Positions 39,547 to 48,867 of a stretch of 64,000 nucleotides of DNA are shown here, piece by piece. Under the pieces are notes generated by a model. The model made no database searches and was not told where the DNA came from. It saw nothing but the letters and a program-made list of their open reading frames with translations. The DNA is from Minisyncoccota bacterium (GTDB lineage: Bacteria; Patescibacteriota; JACMRA01), in the NCBI GenBank assembly GCA_043772945.1, contig JAYVFR010000023.1:4159-68158 (forward strand). Reading direction: 5' to 3'. How positions within the stretch are numbered: the stretch's first letter is position 1; each line of letters starts with the position of its first letter. The position numbers and the translations under genes are program-made.

Positions 39547-40888
39547 TTAAGATTCTTATAATCTGCCCCTCACCAAAACCTAAACTTTTAAGAAAACAAT
39601 ATTTAGCAATCCTCTCAAGAATAAAAGCTAAATTAAAAGGAGGTGCTTTTATTAGGTTGTTTTGATCTACAGCATCACCATGCATTAAAGCTTTTTTAAG
39701 TTTAAGAAAGTATTCCGTGTAATTTATTGTTAATTTTAAATGATTGTTTAAATAATCACTATTATCAATTAGATAAGTGAATTTTTCTTTCCATGTAGGT
39801 CTATTATCCGTCATTTTTAATAACTTCGGAGTACCATTTTTGCAATTCCTCCAGTGATTGCTTTTTACAAACTCATTATATAAAGGTAGTTTAATCACCA
39901 CATTTAAGTAGTTTTCAATACCTTTAAAATAATTTGAGAGTAAATTTTCATATCCATTGTTGTCTTTCAATATATTAGATAAGGTGTAGCCATATAAAGT
40001 CGCAAATTTACTCCTGTTATTCCACCAATTATTTATAATGAATTCAAATCTATTAATAGTTTTTATATCAAACAAACAATTAATAGATTTACAAGGACTA
40101 CACAAACCTACTGAGTTTTCGGAAATAATTTCGAAACAAGTTTCTCCAATGTAACCACTAGTTTCTCTTATGTAACAATTACTTTGAAAAGCAAAGGATA
40201 AAAATCTTTGAAAAAAAGCTTGCAACTCTTCAATATCTTGAATATCAAGAAACTTACCTCTAATATCCCGCCTTATCTCTAGGAAATACATCTCTTTTAC
40301 ATCTAAATTTACACAATTACCATTTAAAATATAATTACCCAGTCCAAGACCTTTGACATAGCTTTTAACTCTTAAAATATAATCACCCAGTCGAAATATA
40401 CACAATTCGTCCTTTTTTCTATCCGCAGTTATTTGGTAAAAATCTAAATTTCTTAAATTATCCTTAAAAACATTCATCAATTTTAATTTGCCTAAATCAG
40501 AAAAGAATGTTGAAAGGTGATCAATCTTTAAGTGAATCTTTTCAAAGCTATTTTGACTTCTAAAGTCAGAGCTACACCTCCAGAAAACTCCATATCTAAA
40601 ATTGCTATATCTATGATTAAATCCATGAGAACCAATATTCATTGACGAACTCCCAGCATAAAAATGGAAAGAATTACCACGAGTATCAAAGCCTGAAACA
40701 TAATTAAACTCAGGGATATTGCTATCTCCATAAAGATCTCTTGTTTGTAATCTATCTTTAGCCCAATCAAAAATCTCAATTTCAATTCGTCCATTTTCAC
40801 GAATGAGGTATGTGCCGTGTTTTTCTATATCTTTATCAGTGTTAAAGTAGAATTTACATGGAATTCTTTCACATTTTATTATTGACAT
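39539..40888 (-). CDS. uncharacterised 449-aa protein coupled to the RM gene (candidate defence partner)
   Basis: Starts 2 nt after the RM stop. No TM segment or signal peptide. The N-terminal beta-rich pattern (HGTYLIRENGRIEIEIFD...VSGFDTRGNSFHFY) and a C-terminal helix LKKALMHGD faintly recall ApeA/HEPN-type abortive-infection proteins. Unverified. Confidence 0.6.
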   Translation of the reverse strand: MSIIKCERIPCKFYFNTDKDIEKHGTYLIRENGRIEIEIFDWAKDRLQTRDLYGDSNIPEFNYVSGFDTRGNSFHFYAGSSSMNIGSHGFNHRYSNFRYGVFWRCSSDFRSQNSFEKIHLKIDHLSTFFSDLGKLKLMNVFKDNLRNLDFYQITADRKKDELCIFRLGDYILRVKSYVKGLGLGNYILNGNCVNLDVKEMYFLEIRRDIRGKFLDIQDIEELQAFFQRFLSFAFQSNCYIRETSGYIGETCFEIISENSVGLCSPCKSINCLFDIKTINRFEFIINNWWNNRSKFATLYGYTLSNILKDNNGYENLLSNYFKGIENYLNVVIKLPLYNEFVKSNHWRNCKNGTPKLLKMTDNRPTWKEKFTYLIDNSDYLNNHLKLTINYTEYFLKLKKALMHGDAVDQNNLIKAPPFNLAFILERIAKYCFLKSLGFGEGQIIRILKF

Positions 40889-40890
40889 AT

Positions 40891-43800
40891 TTACTTCAAA
40901 AACTTATCTAAAATACCTTGTTTTTTTTGTTTAATTAGCTTGTCAAATTCTTGAGAAGATAATCCATCCGTAAATAGCCTACCTTTAGAATTTTCTAAAG
41001 ATTCTATTTCTTTTACAATCTTCCCTTGGATTTCTAACGGCGGAACTGGGATTTTAACTTGGTTTTTTAGATATTCACTATTTAGACTTTTACCAAATAC
41101 TTTTGCCCCTACACTTTCAGGTAATAGAATATTTGAATTCGTGAATAATTGGTATAAATATTGATTGGTTAAGCTATCATTTTTTGGAATCAGTCCAGCT
41201 ATTGCCTCGTTTGTGTATAAATCTTGTCCTGCAATTGCTGTTTTACCAATAGAAAGTTTAAAGCTTACTAAAGTCGTATCCTTTGGAATTAATTTTACAT
41301 TTGACTTTGAAACACCTTCATCAGATATTTTTTCTTTAGTTGTTGTAATAATCTGACCTTTCATTTCTGAAATCGAAACCCATAAATTTTCACCTTCAAA
41401 ATATTGATTTATTGCACGCGATGGTGTACCACCAATTAAAACATCACAAGCTTCGCCTAATTTAATCATCGGGTATTTGCTTACAACCTCTACGCTTCCA
41501 ACGACTTTCTTTGGGGTCAAGCTAATAGCTTTGTTAAAGCTGGTTCCCGTGAAATCAAGAAGGTTTGTAAGTGAGTGATAACTGCAATGTTTAGCTAGGG
41601 TTTCTGGTAGTTCTTGAATTTGTTCATTTTTAATAAAATTCTGGCGAATATAATAACTAATTTTTGTTTCATCATTCCTGTCTTTGGGGTTAAACATTAT
41701 TGTGTTGATGTCATGAATAGTGTCTCCGCCATAATAGTGTATTCCTTCACTACCCTTTGATCCACTCCACTCATAACCTACAAACTTCTTTCGATCTTTG
41801 GTCTCAGTTGGGCATCTTACGATCAAAACTGGCTTTGGGTTTGAGAAAGCGAGAACAAAGTAATACAATTTGTCTTTTTCAATGTCTTGGAGATACGTGG
41901 TGAAATTACTGTTATATTTTCGTTTTTTATCAGTGCTTAACTTATCAAAACTCACTTTATATTCTGTAAATATTTCCGTTTCTAAAAGTTCTTTGGTTGG
42001 TTTAACGTTCAAAAGGGTTAAATAATCTTCATGGTTATAATCATTGTGCTCGCAGTAGTTTTTGATTAGAATATTATCTTCAAAATCTTCGTTTGTAATT
42101 TGATTATCAAAAAAACTTTCTACCCTATCCTTGTAATGTTCTTCGATTTCAGGTCTTTCTTTTTTTCGTTCTAGATATATAATTAATGTGTTTGTGCCAG
42201 TTTTACCAAAAGTACTTGGCGGAAGTTCTACAATTGAAATAAAATTAAAATATCTAAGGAGAATTTGGCGGGTTTGGATACTGACTTTATCAGTATTTGT
42301 TAGGATTGTATTTGGGATTACGATTCCTGCAATTCCACCTTTATTAAGGAGCTGCTTTGCTCGCTCTAAAAAGAAGTTTTGGATGTCGTCATTGGTATTT
42401 ATGTCTGAAACGGTTTTTGTTAGTTCATATTTATCACGCTCCTCGACTGGGATAGTGGTTAAAAACTCCTTAACAGCAAAGGGCGGATTGGCAATTAAAA
42501 TATCAAAACTCTCTTCCTTGATTTTAGGATTTTCAATTAATGCATCACTATCAACAATATTCACACCATCAAAACCATACATAAAAGCACTAACTTTAGC
42601 CACTTTAGCAAGTCTATCTTCTTTCTCTATACCATAGATTTCTTTATAAAAACTGGTGGGATTTTGCCCGTTATTTTTAGCAATTTGTTCAATTTGACTA
42701 GCATATTCGGTTAAAAAATGTCCCGACCCGCAGGCGTAATCAATTACCTTCAATGGTTCTATATTTTGTCTAACCATACTTTCAAGTGGAAGCGACATCA
42801 GGATAAATTTACAAATAGGAACTGGGGTAAAATACTGACCCTCCGACTGCTTGACCCCATTATCAAGGAAAAACTCGAACATATCTCCTAAAAATTGATT
42901 CTGCTCTTTAGTTTTGAGTCTCAATGACTGCCACATTTGAGTAACCTCTAAAATTATTTTTACGTTTTTATTAAAACCTTCTTTGTTTTTAACCCCAATA
43001 AATCCAAAATTATTATCGTTATAAAATTTTAACTTTTTAAATAGCTCTTCGATTGTGTTTCTAGTTGCGTTTTTCTTATTTTTATATGCCCAGAATGCTC
43101 CCTCGATCTCTCCATTACTAACATAAGTTATTTCTTGCTCTAAATATTTCTCCATTCCCACCTTGTAGAGTTCCTGAAGCCTATCTATAAAATCGTAATA
43201 ATTATCATAGGCTATTCCTTTCCAATAAAATTTTAAATCTGTTGGGTTCTGAGTTTCATCAACAATTTTACACAAAAATAGATTTACAAGTATTTCAAAA
43301 GCATTTTCTTTCCTAGATACATTATATTTTCGCAAAATTGTAGCAAATTGATTGTATTTGCCTTTTTTATCAGCGTTTGTTATAATTCTTGTGTCATCTG
43401 ACAGAGTATATTTATCTTTACCAATTTGGTAAGGTTGCACATTATCTTCAAAAATACCACTCTCTGTAAATTCTAAATTATAAGTTTGTTGCCACACTCT
43501 AAATCTTTCCTTTACATTTTTAGCTCTTAAATAGCTTTCAAGGTTAGTATTTTCATCTAATATTTTTTGATTATCTTTATGAGATATAACTTTTTGATCT
43601 ACTATTATTTGATTAAGCTCTGAATTTAGACTACAGGCGTATAAACAAACATATTTTACATCTTTTTCTTGCTCAATATAGCTAAATAGTTGATCGCCAT
43701 CGTTTAGTGTTTTCTTCCAAGCGTTCTCAAATTCTTTGCCAGCTGTTTTGCATTCAATTATCAAGAGTGGTTTATTATTTTGATCTCTCACAAACACATC

Positions 43801-44142
43801 TGCCCTACCACCGCTTGCACCATGACCTAATTTCCACTTAGGTTCCAACTCAATATGCTCGGGTTTGTACCCTTTTTCAAATAGACGATTAACGCATTCA
43901 AATACTACAAAGTTTTCATCACTACTAAAATTAGTTGTAAATTCACCGTTCACAATAAAACGCTGATCGGTTGGGTAAATTAACTTTTGATTATCAAAAT
44001 CAACCTTTAAATAGGCTCCAGTTGTAAAATTTTTAATCCATATTTTTGCATCTTCATCAGAATCGAAATTCAGGGTTTTTAGTAAATCGGGTAACGTTTT
44101 TTTGTTGAGCATACATAAAATTAATCCAAAATCCTCCGCCAT
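40891..44142 (-). CDS. single-chain restriction-modification-specificity enzyme (type IIG/IIB-like)
   Basis: 1083 aa in three parts. (1) N-terminal PD-(D/E)xK nuclease: D115 in ADVFV, then E130-C-K132 in LLIIECK. (2) Gamma-class N6-adenine methyltransferase motifs GQYFTP, VIDYACGSGHFL and, at aa 552-555, NPPF. (3) One C-terminal HsdS-type target-recognition domain (LGEACDVLIGGTPSR...NLWVSISEM...YTNEAIAGL). Confidence 0.85.
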   Translation of the reverse strand: MAEDFGLILCMLNKKTLPDLLKTLNFDSDEDAKIWIKNFTTGAYLKVDFDNQKLIYPTDQRFIVNGEFTTNFSSDENFVVFECVNRLFEKGYKPEHIELEPKWKLGHGASGGRADVFVRDQNNKPLLIIECKTAGKEFENAWKKTLNDGDQLFSYIEQEKDVKYVCLYACSLNSELNQIIVDQKVISHKDNQKILDENTNLESYLRAKNVKERFRVWQQTYNLEFTESGIFEDNVQPYQIGKDKYTLSDDTRIITNADKKGKYNQFATILRKYNVSRKENAFEILVNLFLCKIVDETQNPTDLKFYWKGIAYDNYYDFIDRLQELYKVGMEKYLEQEITYVSNGEIEGAFWAYKNKKNATRNTIEELFKKLKFYNDNNFGFIGVKNKEGFNKNVKIILEVTQMWQSLRLKTKEQNQFLGDMFEFFLDNGVKQSEGQYFTPVPICKFILMSLPLESMVRQNIEPLKVIDYACGSGHFLTEYASQIEQIAKNNGQNPTSFYKEIYGIEKEDRLAKVAKVSAFMYGFDGVNIVDSDALIENPKIKEESFDILIANPPFAVKEFLTTIPVEERDKYELTKTVSDINTNDDIQNFFLERAKQLLNKGGIAGIVIPNTILTNTDKVSIQTRQILLRYFNFISIVELPPSTFGKTGTNTLIIYLERKKERPEIEEHYKDRVESFFDNQITNEDFEDNILIKNYCEHNDYNHEDYLTLLNVKPTKELLETEIFTEYKVSFDKLSTDKKRKYNSNFTTYLQDIEKDKLYYFVLAFSNPKPVLIVRCPTETKDRKKFVGYEWSGSKGSEGIHYYGGDTIHDINTIMFNPKDRNDETKISYYIRQNFIKNEQIQELPETLAKHCSYHSLTNLLDFTGTSFNKAISLTPKKVVGSVEVVSKYPMIKLGEACDVLIGGTPSRAINQYFEGENLWVSISEMKGQIITTTKEKISDEGVSKSNVKLIPKDTTLVSFKLSIGKTAIAGQDLYTNEAIAGLIPKNDSLTNQYLYQLFTNSNILLPESVGAKVFGKSLNSEYLKNQVKIPVPPLEIQGKIVKEIESLENSKGRLFTDGLSSQEFDKLIKQKKQGILDKFLK
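43999..44070 (-). repeat. direct repeat partner of 39475-39546, inside the RM gene 5' region
   Basis: See the relic feature at 39475-39546. The first 53 nt differ at only one position. Confidence 0.9.
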
Positions 44143-44242
44143 GTCAATTATATAATAAATTTAATTTCGGTGGTTTCTGGCGTTTTAAAACATAAATTGA
44201 CTAGACAAAAATATTTAGTATCAAGTAAAAAAACAAATTAAT

Positions 44243-44941
44243 ATGCCAGTGATTATAAAGATCGATAATCTATCTAAAAACTACGGCACCAAAAAGAACT
44301 TAATTAAAGCCCTTGGCCCAATTAGCCTTGAGATTAATAAGTCAGATTTTGTGGTGATTCTGGGTCGCAGTGGGAGTGGTAAGTCAACACTTTTAAATCT
44401 AATGGCTGGGCTTGATACTCCAACCGAGGGTAGGATTGTTGTAAGTCATCAAAACATTACTCATTCTAAATCAGGAACTTTGGCTAAGTACCGCTCTAAA
44501 ATTGGGATAATTTTTCAGTTTTATAATCTTTTGCCAAATTTGAATGTAGTTGAAAATATTCAAATGGGAGCTTGGGTTGCGGGAAATAGTGTTGATTCTA
44601 AATATCTTGACAAACTCTTGGAGCAATTTGGTTTAACTCATCGAAGGGGTGCAAATGTTAAAACTCTCTCTGGTGGTGAGAAACAGCGAGTAGCTATAGC
44701 TAGGGCACTAATTAATAAGCCGACAATTCTCTTTTGTGATGAGCCAACAGGAGCTCTTGATACTACTAATGAGAAGCAAGTTGAGTTAATTTTAAAGGAG
44801 TTAAATAACGAGGGTTTAACAATTGTGATGGTTACGCATAATCCAGAATTTTCTGATTTGGCAAACCAAGTAATTACAATGAAAGACGGTTTGATAATTA
44901 GCAATATTTTAAAAACTGTTGAAATAAATAAATCTAACTAA
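44243..44941 (+). CDS. ABC transporter ATP-binding protein (MacB/LolD/FtsE-like)
   Basis: Walker A GRSGSGKST, signature LSGGEKQR and Walker B ILFCDEPTGALD. Confidence 0.9.
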   Translation: MPVIIKIDNLSKNYGTKKNLIKALGPISLEINKSDFVVILGRSGSGKSTLLNLMAGLDTPTEGRIVVSHQNITHSKSGTLAKYRSKIGIIFQFYNLLPNLNVVENIQMGAWVAGNSVDSKYLDKLLEQFGLTHRRGANVKTLSGGEKQRVAIARALINKPTILFCDEPTGALDTTNEKQVELILKELNNEGLTIVMVTHNPEFSDLANQVITMKDGLIISNILKTVEINKSN

Positions 44942-44955
44942 AACAAACTAAAAAT

Positions 44956-46425
44956 ATGACTTCAAAATCTTTTTTGCTTATTCTAAGCAGGCAAATTACT
45001 AGTAAATGGGGGCGTACACTTCTTGCTAGTTGTGGGATTATGATTGGAATTTGGGCAATTACTCTGACTTCTAGCATTTCAATAGGGCTTTCTGACACTA
45101 TAATTGAGGCTATAAATTCACAATCAATTGCCAAGCAAATTACGCTTAATAAAACCAGTGCAGGTGAAGGTAGTTTCTTTGATTTGAAGGCTCCACCAGT
45201 TTTTGTTCCTTTTAGTCGGGAAGAAATTAGCTCTATTAAAACTAAATATCCTGAAATTGTAGATATTGGTCCTACTTCGCGAATGAATTTTTTTGTGCAA
45301 ACTAATTCAAATACTTTAGAACAAATTAAGTGCGTAGAGTTTGAAAATTCTATAAACTTGTCTATTACTCCTCAAAGCCCTAAACCAAAACTAGAAGATA
45401 CTAATAAATTAGCTAGTAACTGCAAAAATATTAGTCATAGCTTTACTGGTTTTGAAGAATTTTATGACGCCAAAAAAAAGAATTGGTACGGTCAAAAAAG
45501 CAAACCTGCAATTGGGGAAATTGCTCTCTGTTTTAAATGCGGAAACACAAATCTGAATCAAATTTTGAAAGTAGAAAAGCCTGAAGATCTTCTAAACAAA
45601 CAAATTCAAATTGAATTGCAACGGGCTCCAGAATTGTATGAAATAGGCAAAAATGTGGACGTAACTAATATTGATAGACCGGCTACTAAAATCAATAAAT
45701 CTGAAACAATAACTTTAAAAGTAGTGTCAGTAATTGACGATCGTGAGGCTAGTATTTTTGATGGATCGGCTATTTATTTTGATTACAATTATTTCCAAAA
45801 AGCCTTTGAGCTAGCCAGACCAAATGATAATTTTTTGCAATACGGATCAATTCAATACAATGTATTTTTGGATAAATACCAAAGTCTGGATAAAACTATA
45901 AATAGTTTGCGAGGTGATAAACTTTTAGCCTTTTCTGTAGCCCAAGAAACCATCAAAGGGGTATCGGTTGCCTTTCAAGTTTTAACAGTTGGGCTTTCGG
46001 CTCTTGGATTTATTGCATTAATTGTATCGGTATTTGGGATTATAAATGTGATGACAATCTCGGTTTTGGAGCGTCAAAAAGAAATTGGAATTTTAAAATC
46101 GCTCGGTGCTAGGAATTTAGACATTTTTGTTATGTTTTTATTAGAAAGTTCAATTCTTGGTTTGATTGGCTGGATTCTGGGAACTTTGCTGGCTTTCCTT
46201 TCAAATCTGGCAATCTCAAAAGTCTTTAAGCTAGTTCTAGAGAACAACAAAGATTTAAACTCGAGCTTAACGGGCTTGAATATTACTCAATTTAATCCTT
46301 CAATTCCTATTTGGCTTGGGTTTGGGACGTTGATTCTAGCCCTTTTCTTTACTATTATTTCAGGAATTTACCCGTCTTTTAAAGCTAGTCGCCAGAATCC
46401 AGTAGACGTCCTACGCTCGGAGTAG
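44956..46425 (+). CDS. FtsX/MacB-type ABC permease with large extracytoplasmic domain
   Basis: 489 aa. One TM helix, a ~300-aa loop, then three TM helices. The FtsX-domain motif is ERQKEIGILKSLGA. Confidence 0.85.
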   Translation: MTSKSFLLILSRQITSKWGRTLLASCGIMIGIWAITLTSSISIGLSDTIIEAINSQSIAKQITLNKTSAGEGSFFDLKAPPVFVPFSREEISSIKTKYPEIVDIGPTSRMNFFVQTNSNTLEQIKCVEFENSINLSITPQSPKPKLEDTNKLASNCKNISHSFTGFEEFYDAKKKNWYGQKSKPAIGEIALCFKCGNTNLNQILKVEKPEDLLNKQIQIELQRAPELYEIGKNVDVTNIDRPATKINKSETITLKVVSVIDDREASIFDGSAIYFDYNYFQKAFELARPNDNFLQYGSIQYNVFLDKYQSLDKTINSLRGDKLLAFSVAQETIKGVSVAFQVLTVGLSALGFIALIVSVFGIINVMTISVLERQKEIGILKSLGARNLDIFVMFLLESSILGLIGWILGTLLAFLSNLAISKVFKLVLENNKDLNSSLTGLNITQFNPSIPIWLGFGTLILALFFTIISGIYPSFKASRQNPVDVLRSE

Positions 46426-46484
46426 AATATTTTTAGCGCTATCCTTTACTTGGTGAAATAATTGCTATGCTTCGTTTGGTGTAG

Positions 46485-46512
46485 TGTCATGCCTCGTTTG
46501 ACGGGGCATCTA
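46485..46512 (+). repeat. left inverted repeat / hairpin
   Basis: tgtcatgcctcgtttgacggggcatcta. It is itself an 8-bp hairpin, ATGCCTCG/CGGGGCAT. Confidence 0.8.
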
Positions 46513-46517
46513 AAGAA

Positions 46518-46817
46518 TTACAAACATAACCTAGTAGCAAAAAGGTCTAATAACGTGGGGTTCGTATTTTTAACTAAATCAATCTTCCAGTCATATTTCT
46601 AATGTTTAATTTGTTTTTCACGAATAATAATTGATTCTATATTTTGACTTTGCTCCCAGTAGACTAATTTTTTGAGATTATATTTAGCAGTATAAGAATC
46701 TGGGTTGGTTTTATTTTTATGTTCAAAAATTCTTCGTTCTAAATCATTTGTCATTCCAACATAAAGAGGTTTATTGCTATTGTTAGTGATTATATAGGTG
46801 TAATAATTTTTAGTCAT
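46518..46817 (-). pseudogene. GIY-YIG nuclease family gene (UPF0213/YhbQ-like) interrupted by an in-frame TAG
   Basis: The 72-aa ORF at 46599-46817 carries YTYIITNNSNKPLYVGMTNDLERRIFEH. The same frame continues past the TAG as KYDWKIDLVKNTNPTLLDLF up to a TAA at 46518. The total of 99 codons matches the usual length of this family. Confidence 0.6.
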
Positions 46818-46834
46818 ATAAAATATTTGTTAAG

Positions 46835-46862
46835 TAGATGCCCCTTCAAGCGAGGCATGACA
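46835..46862 (+). repeat. right inverted repeat / hairpin
   Basis: tagatgccccttcaagcgaggcatgaca, the reverse complement of the left repeat with 2 mismatches. Confidence 0.8.
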
Positions 46863-47056
46863 GTAGGATAAGCCATCCGCCAGAATCTAGTAGACGTCCT
46901 ACGTTCGGAGTAAAGCTGGGTTTTATCTTTTTCAGTAGAAAATAGTAGAGTTACCGCCACTTATAGATTTTACTAAATTTTCAAACTGGTCATGAAATCA
47001 CAACAAAATTTTTGTTGATATAATTCATTATCAATTTCTAATGGATCGATTCTACT

Positions 47057-47680
47057 TTATTTCCCGAGGATTTGTTCGGTTTTGGATTTTTGGTTTGCTT
47101 TCCAGAGGTGGTAAAGGGCAGGGGCCAGACTTGCTGCAACCATGACTATTAAAATTGGCTCTACGTATTTCTCTAAATGTACTTCTGGGAAAAGCTTTGT
47201 TATCCCATACCCAACGACTGGAAGCCCGATTGCCCATAATCCACCTCCCATTACGTTGTAGGTTAAAAATGTTTTGTAGTCCATATTCCCAATACCCGCC
47301 ACCGTAGGTGCAAAGGTTCTGATGATTGGAACAAAGCGGGCTAGGACGATAGTTTTTTTGCCGTGTTTCTCATAGAAATGTTCTGCTGATGCTAAATGTT
47401 TGCGATGGAAAAATACTGAATCTTCTTTAGAAAAAAGCTTGACTCCATATTTCTTGCCGATTAAATATCCGAGGCTATCTCCTAAAACAGCAGCAATAAA
47501 GCAAAGAATAATTGTAAGCGGAAGGTTAAAAATTCCGAGAGCTGATAAAACTCCTGCGCTCAGCAAAAGTGTATCTCCTGGTAAAAAGAATCCAATTAAC
47601 AGTCCACTTTCAGCAAAAATAATGCTAAAAATAATTAAGCTTCCAAGTACTGGTCCGAGATTGATTAGAATGTTTTCCAT
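47057..47680 (-). CDS. DedA-family membrane protein
   Basis: 207 aa. FFLPGDTLL and VLARFVPIIRTFAPTVAGIGNMDY are DedA/SNARE-associated motifs. Confidence 0.85.
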   Translation of the reverse strand: MENILINLGPVLGSLIIFSIIFAESGLLIGFFLPGDTLLLSAGVLSALGIFNLPLTIILCFIAAVLGDSLGYLIGKKYGVKLFSKEDSVFFHRKHLASAEHFYEKHGKKTIVLARFVPIIRTFAPTVAGIGNMDYKTFLTYNVMGGGLWAIGLPVVGYGITKLFPEVHLEKYVEPILIVMVAASLAPALYHLWKANQKSKTEQILGK

Positions 47681-47744
47681 ATTTTATTTAATAAATTAGT
47701 TTATGTGAATTTGTGTTAGTTTTCAGTTTGTTTGATAGGTTTTT

Positions 47745-48767
47745 TTAAGCTTGCCAGAGAGCGAGGCCTATACTTGTTGATAATTGATTAGCAAGAGGGC
47801 TAATAACAGGTAGCATTTGAGGATCTATAATTAAGGATCGAAGAGGGTTTCCGATATAGACCGGCGTTGGAAATCTTTTGAAATAATCAATTAAGCCAAC
47901 ACTATAAACACCTCCTCCTGTAAATACGACTTTACTAGGCTTTTGTCCAATTTTATTATTTAGTTCAATAAAAGTTGTTAGTTCAGATTTGAGAATTTTG
48001 TAGTAATCACTTAAAGCTTTTGGTAGTTTAAATAAATTTACTAAATGCAAGTCTTTTTTAAATAGTTCTGCAACAGCCTCTTCAACACCAAGGGAAGCGG
48101 CTAAATCTTTAGTGATTTGGTTAGCTCCAATTGGAATATGTGAAGATGATCGTAACTGACTACCTACAATAATGTTAAAAGTCGTTTGATTAGCCCCAAT
48201 ATCAGCTAGTATTGTGTTTCCTGTATCGCCCGTTAGAAGTGAGCGGACTTGAGAGATTGTTTGATTTTCGAGTGAAATTCCATCTAAATTAATTTGCTCT
48301 AGCAGGTTACGGCTGTTATCAATCACAAAATCAGGAAGGGCGGTGATGCTAACTCGTTGCTTTGAAGTGTACTCGTTAATAGCGCTGTTACTATCAACTA
48401 ATTTCCAGCTCAAATGAACTTCGTCGGTAGAATATGGCAGGAAATATTTGGATTGTTTTTCAATTTCAGTTTGAATTTGATTTTTTGACCAAACCGAATC
48501 AAAATCCATTGAAGTGACGTAAACATCTTTACTACTAATTCCCATAATAGTCTTGAGACCAGTAAATTTGTTAACCTCTAGCAATTCCTCAATGATAATT
48601 GATAGCTGTTTAAGTTTATTGGAGTGCCAATATGAGCTTAAATCGAGAGAGTGAGTGGCTAATCCAAACGTCAATAGTTTATAACCTTCTGGTGTTTGTT
48701 TAAGCTCTACAATTTTAATGCTGTAACTTCCGATTTCAAGCCCTATTGTGGTTTTATCATTGAACAT
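47745..48767 (-). CDS. pilM: PilM-like actin-fold type IV pilus assembly protein
   Basis: 340 aa. The GLEIGSYSIKIVEL start, DIGANQTTFNI and VFTGGG motifs fit the PilM/FtsA-like ATPase fold. No pilN or pilO follows. Confidence 0.7.
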   Translation of the reverse strand: MFNDKTTIGLEIGSYSIKIVELKQTPEGYKLLTFGLATHSLDLSSYWHSNKLKQLSIIIEELLEVNKFTGLKTIMGISSKDVYVTSMDFDSVWSKNQIQTEIEKQSKYFLPYSTDEVHLSWKLVDSNSAINEYTSKQRVSITALPDFVIDNSRNLLEQINLDGISLENQTISQVRSLLTGDTGNTILADIGANQTTFNIIVGSQLRSSSHIPIGANQITKDLAASLGVEEAVAELFKKDLHLVNLFKLPKALSDYYKILKSELTTFIELNNKIGQKPSKVVFTGGGVYSVGLIDYFKRFPTPVYIGNPLRSLIIDPQMLPVISPLANQLSTSIGLALWQA

Positions 48768-48867
48768 AAAATTACGGTAAATAAAATTTTTAGTTTTGAC
48801 AATTAGCCAATTATCAGCTTATTATAATTGAGTTCATTTGTTTTTAAAAACAAGGAGAAATGTTACA

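Larger units (their letters stand above)
46390..46912. mobile_element. GIY-YIG-carrying insertion bounded by 35-nt direct repeats of the permease gene 3' end
   Basis: The direct repeats at 46390-46424 and 46878-46912 match at 33 of 35 nt. Both encode RQN(P/L)VDVLRSE followed by a stop. Internal 28-nt inverted repeats at 46485-46512 and 46835-46862 (26 of 28 nt) flank the GIY-YIG frame. Confidence 0.55.

Noticed and set aside
47052-47699. 61-aa minus-strand and 99-aa plus-strand ORFs overlapping the DedA gene
   Set aside because: These are alternative-frame and antisense ORFs within a well-supported DedA coding region.
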